Of a DNA stretch of 64,000 bases, positions 13,901 through 26,534 are shown in pieces. Both the position numbers and the translations under genes were made by a program. The DNA is from Octopus bimaculoides. Taxonomy: Eukaryota. Each line of letters starts with the position of its first letter. Position 1 is the stretch's first letter. The DNA lies in contig NC_069000.1 in NCBI RefSeq assembly GCF_001194135.2, forward strand, positions 6,300,590 to 6,364,589, written 5' to 3'. A model generated the notes under the pieces. That model had not been told where the DNA came from. It did not search any database and was given only the letters and a program-made list of their open reading frames with translations.

Positions 13901-16900
13901 CATCATATGATTTATCTTCTGAGACACCTAATATTAGTAAGTAGATTTTAATTATACTTTTCTCTGCTTGCATTTGCTGTCAATTTTTTTTTCCTCTCTT
14001 CTATAGTTTCTCACATAACATCAGTTTCTTACATCATTTCCGTTTTACTACATTTACATGAGTCTAGTGGAGGCGCAATGGCCCAGTGGTTAGGGCAGCG
14101 GACTCGCGGTCATAGGATCACGGTTTCGATTCTCAGACCAGGCGTTGTGAGTGTTTATTGAGCGAAAACACCTAAAGCTCCACAAGGCTCCGGCAGGGGA
14201 TGGTGGCGAACCCTGCTGTACTCTTTCACCACAACTTTCTCTCACTCTTACTTCCTATTTCTGTTGTGCCTGTAATTCAAAAGGTCAGCCTTGTCACACT
14301 GTGTCACACTGAATATCCCCGAGATCTACGTTAAGGGTACACTTGTCTGTGGAGTGCTCAGCCACTTGCACGTTAATTTCACAAGCAGCCTGTTCCGTTG
14401 ATCGAATCAACTGGAACCCTCGACGGAGTGCCAACAACAACAACATGGGTCTAATTGCCTGTACTAAGCCTTTCTCTGCAAGTTTTTTTATTAACATTGT
14501 ATTATCACACCTGACCTTTGACCTTGCTGTTTTCTCATTCTACCTTTGCTGCTGCTGCTACTACAATGAATTCTGTTCCTCAGAGGTAGCTGGCTCTATA
14601 CTCCCACAATCAACCCCAACCTTCCCACCTGTGTATTTCCTGAAGTTGTTTAAGCTTCAATTACATCTCAACCTCACCTGTAGCCGGGAAAGTTTTACAA
14701 AGGTCATTGGACACAGTCACTTCCTCCTGATTAAAAAGTGTATGTGTGGATATGTGGATCACAATTTTAGAATTGGTGCACTGGGTCTCTTCATGGCCAA
14801 AGAGGGGACTAAAAGAGTTGGCAGCAGGGAAAGTATCAGCCTATGAACCAGTGTCACAGAAAACGTGTTCAGCCAGTGCCAGCGTGAGAAAGAAACAGGA
14901 GGGGGAGAGTTTCTGATAGGAAGAGTATGTGCTTGAACCTAATTGAAATTGAGTGGTGTGGATAAAAATGGACTAGAAAGATGATTTTATTGCCCCCCCC
15001 CCCTCTCTTTCTTTCTCACACGCACACACACACATACACATACACCTGCCTTGTTCATTTGGGAAAATACTTTTCATTGTTAACTTTGCTGTTGAATTTC
15101 AGGAAAACCATTTGATGTATTCATTACCTCAGATAGATATGGAACCAGTCCGCATAGTTACCAGGTGACTTGGGATAAACCCCGCACTGGTGGAGCAGAT
15201 ATAGTGTCCTATTCAATTCAATACAGAAAGGTAAAGAATTCTCTTGATGTTTTTCAAGTTAACATTTTCCATGTTTGGTTTCGTTGCTTTCTTGGTGTTT
15301 AATTTCTAGATCAACTTGCAAGTGAGTAAACTACAGTGCATATGTGGGTCTGTGTTTTGTATATATGTGTAAGTATGCATTGCATATGTGTATGCGTATG
15401 TGTGTGTGTGTGTGTGTATACATATGTGTATATGTACACATATAGGCATTGGTAGTGTGTTTAAGAAGCTTACTTCTTAACCATGTGGTATCGGGTTCAT
15501 TCCTACTGTGCAGTATCTAGGACAAGTTATTTCACTGTAGGCCCCGGCTGACCAAAATCTTTATCGATTTTATCTCGATGAATTTTGAGAATAATGAAGA
15601 ATTTGTTTGAAAAACTTTGTCATTAGCAAGCTTTTGGAACATAAATTGATGTAAAATTTTGAGGGAAGGTTTTAATTTAGATCACTTTAAAATGGGATGT
15701 TTGTATTGCAGAAACTGGGGTGGCCTCAGAAAGTGTGGGTATCAAAAGGGTACAATGTTGTAGCATGTTTTTACTTTTCTGTTTTGTAGTTCTCGATGCT
15801 GATAGTTCGACAGTATCTTTTGATTTATGGATGTGTTTTGAAAATTAATTTGTCATGAACACTTCTTCCAATTTTCTTTGTACATTTTTTTTCCTCCCAT
15901 TGGCAAGTGGTGATATTTGAACTTTGCAAACTTTTTTTAAATTTTTTTTTTTTTTCTTTTTTTACCTTTGACATACACAGGTTCATATAAAAGAAAAAGA
16001 GCCCTGGGTAGTTGACGGCAGTAAGGAAAATGGAGACTATATGACAAAGACTGTTCAAGGAAAGACCTCTGCAGTAATTAGAAACTTAGAGTCTAATACA
16101 TACTATGAGTTCCAGGTCGTAGCTACTAATAAAGTTGGAAACTCAAATCCACGGCCTGTGATTATTGTGACAAAAAAAGGTAAGCTTTACCTTTTTATTT
16201 CTTCATAATATTGGTTAAATGTGTTAGTTTCCCCGCCATTGTCTTTTGCTGGAAATGTTGTTATAAAGGTTATATTTAAAATAGTTATCTCCTGTTTGTT
16301 GCATGTACTTATAAAACTGAATATTTGACATTAGATTCCAACACAGTTTTTATTTATCATCATCCAAGTATTATTTTCTGTTATTTAATGTTATTTATGT
16401 TATTTATTTAAATTACTGTATTTAAAAATGTTCTATTTAGTTTACAATTGATTTGATTTTGAGCTGTGATGTTAAATGTTTTGGATTTGAAATACACAAA
16501 TAAGAATTTCATTAAAAATAGATTTAATAATTTCAGCATTGAAAAATTGTTTTGCATGTCTATGTATGATATATGTAGCATGTATTTTAGGCCTTTGTTA
16601 CTTCCTGTTTTAGTGTAAAAAGAATTTAAAAAAAAGAAAAAAGGAAAAGAAAAATTAGTACTACAACACAGTAACTAAGAAATATATTTTTAGCTGTTTA
16701 TCAAATTTAAAAATGAAATTGTTCCCACTTTTTTTTCATATTCATATAGATTCACCTGATAGTATTGAAGAATCTGGTAAGAACTATAACACAATTGAGG
16801 GAATTATAAATTCTTCTTCAAACCATTCTTTACCTCTCTTGCTAAATTTAATGAGCACTTGTTCCTGCAGGCATTTCCTTCTGGTACCTGAAAAAAAAAA

Positions 16901-19900
16901 AATATAAAGATTTATCGTTGGTTTATATATTCTCCTTAAGTTTTTATCAAATGTTGTACTTTTAATCTATTTCTCTTCTCTCAAAGGTCTTTTGGGCATT
17001 TTATTTATTTATACATTATTATTATTATTATTATTATTAAGGAAGTGGGCTGGAATGACAGAATGCATAGCAGTATTTCTTCTGACTCTTTAGATTTTGA
17101 GTTCACATCTCACTCAGATCAACTTTGCCTTTCATCTTTCTAGTCTTTTTTAAATAAACCAGTTGAGGACTGGAGTTGAAGTAATAAATCCCACTACAAA
17201 AATAAAAATAAAAAATCAGGCGTTGCGTCTATTGTGGAAAGAATCGTTGTCTATCATTTAAATGATTGATCAGTTGATAGTTAATAAGTTTTAAAGGAAC
17301 TTTACCTTCTAATACAGTAATATTAAACGTTGTTGTTGTTGTTGGTGCTGCTGCTAGCTGGCATGATTATGTATTAGAACTGTTTAACTATAAACATAAT
17401 TGCCTCCTCTTAAACTTCTAAGCTAATTTGGTGCTCCATTGATGGTATTCTATCTTGATTTGCTGTTAGTCAAATGTCAGCCTTGTCTAGGTTGGTTGGT
17501 TGGTTGGTTGGTATGCCAATGATGGAATATAGAGTGGACATATCCCAAAATCACAGGAACTCTCTATTGCTTAGCCAATGGTGGAACGTAGGGTATGAGG
17601 TCCACTGAAGACACTCTGATTGTCAACCAAAGCCTCACACTGAATGCCTTACCATTTTTCAAAGTCAGTCTTTGATGTTTGGACAGGATTCTTATTTAGA
17701 AGAATTTAAACTCTAGTCACTGTCTTCAGTTCCCAATTGTTTTTTTTTTTTTTTTTTAGATAAACTGATACATATCAAAACAGCTTTTTCTAGTATATTG
17801 TAATCTTGTTTGCCCTGTCACAATGTCTATGAGCAGTTTTCAAACCTGTTGAAAACAAAGAGAATGATTTATTTTAAGTGAATCCACCTTGCAGATTAAA
17901 GCTGCAAAATACATAAATAAGTCCAATGTAGATAGTGGAAAACTGATGAGAGTACTACTCCTTACTTTGCATTTCAAGTTCTGTTTATTAATATCTCAAC
18001 TAGGTATCTTTATATCTCAGCTCATTTTTATTTAGAAATTTACCTTTTTATATAAATATTTATCCTTTCTGTAAGAATGGCTTCAGGGACACAAAAAATT
18101 ATGGAACTGAAGTAGAACTCTTGCACATTTCAGTGTTGCCTAAATAATTGTTAACAAAAAGCATATTAGAATTGGTTTTTAATTAACCCATAAAGCGCTG
18201 GGATTTGCACTTACATAGCAAGGACTGCTGAGCACATTTTATGAAAATGAGACTACCATGCAAACATAAAAAAAGACAACAAAAAACATATCTTCTTAGT
18301 ATATAATGGTGGCAAGTTTTACATCATCTGAAAAGTCATTAGTTGAACTATTAGTCCTCTTGCATTCTGGTGGGGGGTATTGGAGCGTTTGAGTGACATT
18401 AGACCCCAACAAACGCCCATAAATTAAATGCATCTATCTGGGCCACGATCGTGGCCCGTTGCGCTTTATGTGTTAAGCCTAATAAGATTATTAGGCTTAC
18501 TGACTTGCTGTTTATTTAGATAATTTTTTTACTGAATTTTAAATAACAGCTTTGTTCTTTTTATAGAGTAAACTTTAAAATAATTTTTAATTTGCGCAAT
18601 TTCTTCTATANNNNNNNNNNNNNNATATATATATATATATATAAAAAAAGAAAAAAATATTTCGCTTAAGTGAATCTTGTTTTGCATACTGTGTGGAATT
18701 GTCCTTTTTTTTTTTTTTAACATTTTTTTTTTTTAATGATGAATATTAATTAGAAATTTTTTCACTGCTGCTTACTCTTACTTCAAACCATGTCATCATG
18801 CTTGTGTTACGTGTTTTATTAAATGTTGTCTTATTTGTATTTTTTTTTTTTCTCTCTTTAAATGAACCCATTTTTATTGACATTCCAATAATTATATTAA
18901 ATTTAAATTTAAGGTGGCATACTTAATTCAAAAGTTTTCTTCATTAAATAGTTTTCATTTATTTTCCACTATTTCTAAACAACCCAATTGATTGACTGAA
19001 GTCTACAATTTATTTTAGAAATACACTTGTTTGTATATTTTTACTCTGCAGAATATCCAGATGAATATGTAGATGAATATGGTAAGCTCACTGTGCACCT
19101 TACAAACACCCCAGATAATATACCCCTCCGACCACCTTGTTCATCTAAAGTTGCTTTAAGCACTCCACATAATTTGGCTGTTATTACCAATATGAAGCAC
19201 CAGAAATACCTAGAACTGGTGGTGCTCAATATTTATTGGGGAAGATTTTAAGCTAAATGCATAAAAAGTTTTAACATTTTTCAGTTTTATTTAACAGCTA
19301 AATTGGAATCACTGAATTTTTAAAAAAAATTTTATGTTCTCATTTTACAGCAATAGAAACATTTATTTCATGTATTTATTGGTTTAATCTTTTCTTTTTT
19401 TTAATCTTTCCTCCTTTCTCTGTGTGTTTGTGTATTGCTAAATGTTTCTATACTTACCTTTTTTTTCTAGATATATAATTCTTGATATTGGCTCTCCTAC
19501 TGGTTCCAAGAAAGGACTTTGTTGTTTTATTTTATATTTTTTTAAGGAAACCCCTCGAGTAATTCTTTCCCCATTACTTGCAATAGACTCTACTTGACTG
19601 CTTCAAGTAAAACTGAACTTTCTTGCAATTTGCATGTCTGAATGTGCAAGGTTATAGCAACTGACCTAACATTTTAATCATATTTTGCTCCAGATAAGTG
19701 CTAGAGTAAATCAACTTAAGATCAGAGCTGTTTCAGATATTAGTGTCTTGGATTATATAATGTCCAGAGGGCTGTTTTCAGAAACATTTCAATGGATTTT
19801 GTTTCTATTACAACATTGGGGATGTGATTTAAGGGAGATTTGGCTGTTGTTTCTAACAGGTTGAACTATCATCCCTTATTTAAACAGTTGTACCTTTTGG

Positions 19901-22900
19901 TCAGAAAGATGGTACCGAGTGGCCATCAGTAGGAATATGCAGCACTTAGTGAAGCATTTTATTTTTGATATACAATAAATGTAAAAGTGATCTTCTGATT
20001 GGTTTGGTTACTTGGTTAATATTGTTAGTGTGTGTCTTCCACAAACATTTGTCCTCTTAACATAAACTTCACGGTAAACTCAGTGTGACTTGACATTGAA
20101 GTTGAGGCTCTTTAAAATACATGTACAGACCCCACTTGTTACAGATGCCACATGATGGTAGAGAACTGTAGATTTGATTGTAATGTGAATCATTAAATCA
20201 TTTCAATATACCTGCACTCTATGAAGCACAGTTCAGTGGCATTACATGAACTCGAACCATTCAGCTTCTTGTCTGATTTCCTTTGTATGCATTTGGTTAT
20301 TTGCTGCTTCTTTAAATAAATTACACACTCGTGAAATCAGAAGTTTGTAATATACGCTTCTCAACATGGTGAGATAAACCAGCTTCTTTACAATGTCCCA
20401 CATTATTTTGAACTTTCACCTCCATTATATCACATTGCATGGATCATCCCTTGTTCATTCATAGTATATCATTTTATCAACATATCTTTATTAGATCTGC
20501 CTGACTCTCATGAGAAATCATCAACTAAGAATTTTAAAGGCTCTTGCATGAGATCCCAGTTTATATAACAATCACTCTTTGTTTGTCATGTGCATAGTCC
20601 AGTATATAACTTTTTCCTAGTCTTCTACATTGTGCCACAAATCAAAATTCCTAAACTCCTTGAACAGTAGATTCTTGATTGTTTTCTTGACAGTTTTTCA
20701 ACTGCTTCATTAGTTCGAATGCTGTGTTATCCAACACTTCTCTCCCAATACGATGGTGGTGTTTTGGTGAAGCTTCTTAGAAACAAATGCATCAACATCT
20801 TGAATGTATCATCTTCTGACAGCATCCAGTGACTCTTTATTCGAGTGTTTCTTGCATATTTTTATGTTGGCATTTCTTCTCCAATGACTTTTCTTTCATA
20901 TTTCACTTTTGTCTCAATATCTTTGTGTTGTGTGTGTGTATCGTAGTGAGAGGTGTGGTTAATTAAAGCAGTTTGATTGTCTTATCTTTTTTGGTATTAG
21001 TTATTCCATGATGACATTAGTGCTGTTCAGTGTTTTCATTCTCTCTTCAATAATCATATAAAATGTGATGGTAAAATTTTTTTTTTTTAATAATGGCCAT
21101 AACTATACCTGGAAATATTATAGAAAAAAAATAATAATCTTCACTTAGATAACCTAATTAAACCATTATCAGATTTAACTTTTAAGCCAAATTTCATGTT
21201 TGTTTGATAGGGTTTTTTTAAATAAAATATTTTATAGCTAATTATTTCTTATTAATTATCCTGCTGTCCATTACTTACAATAACAACCATTCATTATGTA
21301 AAGTGTTCATTCATCGACATTCCATTACTTTTCACTGACAACAATTCACTTTTGGTTCTGCAATATTTCAACTCTGCTTTGTACTGTCGACTAGTATATG
21401 TGTGTCATCTTCACTCTGATCTCTCCAATCATAAATGAAATAAAGATGCCCCTGGCTCATCAATCATTTCAGATCCATCACCTGCTGACACAGCATCAAA
21501 CCCGAAAACTAATATTTACAAGGCTACAACCAAAGGTTAGTTTGCAATAACTGTAATGGGAACCGTTCCTTGGTCCCTAACGGCTGCCAAACATTACAGA
21601 TGGCTAGTCTTGTCAGTCATTCATTCATTCATTCATTCATTCATCTATATTTGCTCATCTTCAGTCTTTTCTTTTATTTTCATTCAAATTTTGAGAGAGA
21701 AATGTTTCAAGCTTCTTTCGGTTTGGTCAGTGTTATAAAGATTTCACTTTCAAAACGAGGCAGCATGTTCCTAATTAATTCTGCTTCTTAACTCATTAAT
21801 CCACTTCATTAGCTTCTTTTTCTCTGAATATATCATATGAAGAATTTTTCTAGCTTTCATCCATCTTTTCACTTCAGAGTTTTCCATGACAAATTTCCAA
21901 GTAATACATTTCTATATTTGGTTAATTTCTCCTTCATTTTAAATTGAAGGTTTTAGAATATACTTAAATTAAGATTGTATTCCTCCTATCCAAGGACCTG
22001 GATACATTATGTTAATTTCCTTTTTTAAAAACCTAAAACAACTTCGGGAATATTGTCCCAATAACTTACCAGAATAATTGTATAATATGGTGACCTGGCG
22101 AGTTTATAGAATGGCATTGATGGGTGGAAAGTGTTTTTGGTTCCTGCCCTTCATTGAGTGTAGGGTAAGAAAAAGCTGGTTTACATTAGGCCCGTATCTA
22201 CTTTAATCTTTGTACAATATTATTAAGTCCCCCATCCCTTTTTTAAGGGCTTATTTGGAGTAAATCTTTCTGTAAGATTAAAACATAACGAAAATGCATT
22301 AGTCAGTCTTTATTGACAGGAAAACTCAATAACATTGTTTCTGGTTATGTTAGTAGTTAATTGCAAACTGTTTCTCTTTTCAGTTGGATAAGAAGTTACA
22401 ATTTCTTTTGTTAAAGAATTTTCTCTTTCTTTTTTTTATAAAAGTCTGCCAAATAGCTTTCATTTTTATATACATGTATATACAGGGTGCGATGGGTAAA
22501 TTGTCATTTTATAATCTCAATTTCGTGCATGCGCATTGTTTATGATTTTGTCAACTACACAGTATAGTAGGGTCAGTTGGGCACTCTGTGAGAAAAACAG
22601 CACAACAACACAGTTCACACTGCCAGAAATTTGGAAACAATATGCTGTACTGTTTGGGTGTCAGTCTGAGGACCTGTACCGAGAGTGATAAAAATCAAAC
22701 ATCCCATCAACATCATGGTGTTTGGAGTGATTACTAGTGATGGTGACGTTATGCCTCCATTCATCTTCCCACATAGCCTCAGACTCAACACGTAGGTCTA
22801 CATCAAGTGCCTGGAGGAGGTAGTGTTTCCTTGGGTCAATAGGGTGACTGCTGGAAGACCCTATGTCTGGCAACAAGAGTCTGCACCATGCCATACAAGC

Positions 22901-23320
22901 AGGAGAACCCAGTCATAGCTGTCAGACAATTTCTTTGACCACATCACCCCTAACCTAACACCCCAAACTGCAATCCCCCCTTGATTATTGTGTGTGGGGT
23001 ACAGTTGTGTGAGAGACCAACAAAACTCCTTTGAACTGAAGGCAAGGATTATGGCAGCATCTACCAACTTAAACAAGGAGACTGTCCAGAAGAGTTGCAG
23101 GAGATTCCGAAGTCGTGTGGATGCCATGGTTGAAGCCAATGGCAATTTTATTGAATGAATTTACTCGTTAGTATTTCAAGATATTTTTATGCAATTTTGG
23201 TAAATATATCTGTTAAAATGAGATGTTGGTGTTATTTTCATTTTTGGGTAATTTAGATGACAGTTTGTTCACCGCACCCTGTGTATATGATAAAGATTTA
23301 AATAAACTAATAGTTTAACA

Positions 23321-23396
<76 letters not shown>

Positions 23397-25634
23397 TTGT
23401 GTAGACATACATCAGTCAGAATTAATATTAAAAAACTAATTTCGAGATTGACAAGATTAAAGATTTAAATTCCATGGCTTCATTCAATTTTTGTGTGTCT
23501 GTCTGCATGCATGTTTGTATGTATACATATGTGTAAGTATGTATGTATTATACACACACACACACATCAACTATAAAAACAATAAAGAATATTGATTCAA
23601 ACATTGTTGTCAGCTGAATGTTATATTTGTGTATAGGAACAATCAGTCCTAAATTGACTGTATTCACTGCATGCATTACTATTTGTTGCACTGTTATATG
23701 TATGCATTGAATTTGAAAGCGTGTGTATATGTCTATAGATAGATATTAAGCTCTTGTTGAAAATATTTGCTCCTTATCACTTCAGTTCTAAATGAAATTT
23801 TTACCTCTGCCTTTTAAACTTATCACAAATATAAAACCTAGTTGTTTAGCCCTGAGTAAGTAGGCCTATGATCAGAGGTGTTCCAGTTATGCCCAACTCT
23901 TTCTCTTGTATGTTGCATATCTAGGACTACATTGACTAATGTCTCTCTATACTTTCTGAAGATAGTAGAGAGTAAGTTTGAAGGAGGTTTGCTTGCATTT
24001 TTAGCAGGTCAAGCAACTATGTAGAGGTGCTCTGTCAAATGTGATTGCTTATTTATTCACATTGTTTTGGTTTAATCATGCATTATCTTATAGCTTTGAG
24101 ATTTCAATTGTGTGACTGTTGATTTTTAGAATAGATTATATTTTGGGGTATTGTAATGGGAATGTATCTTAGCTTCAATAGTTTTGTGTGCACACATTTG
24201 TTCTGCTTTAAGATTAAGCTCTTTTAAATGTATTGAGCTCTTTTTGCATTATTTTTATAGCCAAATGTAGAATCTAGTGTTATATATCAATCAAATTTTG
24301 ACACATCATGAAAGTGAATTTAACAATTTAGTGTGTTGTTAAATAGTTCTGCAATGCAGATGATGTATATATTTTCTCACAAAATTCTGAGACTGCCAAA
24401 TATCTACTGCAAGAGAATCTTTATTTTGCTCTATAAAACTGCTCTGTTACTAACACACTCTCAACCTATTGATTGATCTGCTTAAAACAGTTCCATTATT
24501 TGTTCATATTTTCTGTTAACCCTTTCCACTCAATACTCATTGATTCCCACCTACTAAATAGGTGCCTTCCAAAGTTTTTAGTTATGAAAAATTGTTTAAA
24601 CTAGTCTACTTTAAAAAAAAAAATAATAATGAACAAACAAAAAAGTGCTATCATCTGGGCAGTCAGAATTTTGATATCTTAATGGCTTGAAATATTTAGT
24701 GTAGGAGTGCAAAGGGATTTTTTTCAATTTTTGGTTTAACAAACCTTTATTGCATGGTGTGTGTGTGTTTTTTTTTTTTTTTTTTTTGCTCTTTCTCTTC
24801 TCCCATTTGTTAACTGACTATAAGCTCAAACAATTCATTGCTTTATATTCTGAATTCTCTGCCATTGAAATTCTCTGTATGTGTGGTGTCAATTACTGTC
24901 TGTTAATTTTCATTATTGATTTTTGATGAGCCAATCCATTCACCTCATAAGGTTTCATTTCATTATTCGTGGATCAATTACTATATAATCCATCATTATT
25001 GCAATACATTTTCATATTTATACATTGAATTAAGAAATTGTTTTTCCAATTTCCAGCTGAAAGGTAGGTAAGTTGTTGAAGGCTAAAAGCTGTCTGATTC
25101 CTCTCTAGTTTCTTTGTTTTAATAAAATTACATTTATTTCTCTTCCAAATCAAAATATTTTCTAGCCTTATCAAACTGTCTTAATTTTGGAACTAGTTTT
25201 TTGTCTTCATATACCACTTTCCTACTTTAGAGACTTCATGTAGGAATATATTACTTAACACTTATCAAATAAGTGACTATAGTCAGTTTTTTGGTAAGTT
25301 AGCCATTAAATTATTTGATTTTCAGTTGTATGTACTTCTATTACAAAGAACACTCTCACCAACTTCCTTGTATTCTTCTACTCCTGATTTTTTTTCCTTA
25401 CAAACTTTGTTCCAAGTTGAGGCCTCATTTCAACATTTAATATCCTGAACTACTTGTAAGCTAATCATAACTGTAATGACATGTTTTTAATAACATTCCT
25501 CATCACCATTTTATGCTCATTTTGGGTTGACTTAGTTATCTCTAAAAGTATGTTGGCACATTTTAGTCTTCTGTTACCTTCTACCTGAAATTCATCCTTA
25601 AGGCATCAACTATCACCATTTCTTCCACCCCACC

Positions 25635-25666
<32 letters not shown>

Positions 25667-26500
25667 TTCCTCATACATATCACATGTTGCTACTGCCTTC
25701 TCTCTCTCTAGTACAATACAATCTCATTTCTTTTTTCTCAGCTCCTATATTCCATTGTTCCACCCCACCAGCAGTATGCATTCCATTCGTGTGTATTCTC
25801 CTCTTTTGTTTCTACTTTTTCCTCATTGTCAGCATTCATGCAATATTGCATTTTACACACAAGCAATATATAATCTCTTTTTCACAGCATTACCAACTGA
25901 GGCTCTTTCTTTTTTCTACCTTGTTTTTTTCCATAGTTACCTATGCTTTTGGAACCCCCACCTTCTCTGTTAAGAAACAGAAGCAGTCGGTTATTTGTAG
26001 GGAACCGCCCTTTGTTGGCTTCTTTTAGTTTTCTACCTCATAGATACCCTACCCCTCTATGTGTCTGAATTAACTACACTGTAGTTAGTACAGACACATA
26101 TCATCTCCGAGTACCACCTGCTCATCTTTATTTATCCAGTTGAGAGAAAATTGGTCTTCTTAATGCCTTGTTAAGCTTATTTCAACTGTAGAAAAATTGC
26201 TCTCTTTCTCTCTCTCTCTCTCTCTCTCTGAAGTCCTTAATTGTCACTACAATATTAACTTCTGTGGCTCTGAAAATTCTTTCATAAATTAACTGTTTTG
26301 AGAAGCTGTTTGACTCTCTCTTTTTTTTTTTTTTTTTTTTTTTTTCCTTCTCTCTTATTTCACACCACAATATCTCAATCAATGTACAGCTATTACTGAT
26401 CTTTCTTAAAATAGTTTCCTAATAATCAATGTGAAAATGTGTTTAATTTTAGACATTTGCAGTTTCAACAGTTTTCAATCATTTCTCTGAAACTAATCAA

Positions 26501-26534
<34 letters not shown>

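Noticed and set aside
14069-14140. tRNA-like sequences (also heads at ~27890, ~59856, ~61015)
   Set aside because: Acceptor stems are incomplete and each continues into a SINE body; not tRNA genes
17943-17965. CTGATGA followed by a 4-bp hairpin
   Set aside because: No GAAA after stem II; chance match
18249-18357. GAGACUA / UAGUCC pair identical to the group I intron P7 guanosine-binding helix
   Set aside because: No convincing P3, P4, P6 or P8 context or J8/7 consensus. Nuclear group I introns are not expected in an animal protein gene, and the 3' strand pairs at least as well with 18218-18226.
19471-19478. Strong acceptors followed by an immediate in-frame stop (also 22384 and 31241-31260) as secreted-isoform exons
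   Set aside because: Early stops after random acceptors are expected in AT-rich introns; no independent support
20200-20880. Possible decayed transposase or zinc-finger coding remnant on the minus strand (also a piggyBac-like remnant ~57050-57440)
   Set aside because: Multiple stops and no motif I can assign confidently; needs tBLASTx against TE libraries
25684-26028. Hydrophobic ORFs with several acceptor-like sites
   Set aside because: Pyrimidine-rich intronic sequence; no phase-1/phase-1 exon with a credible donor
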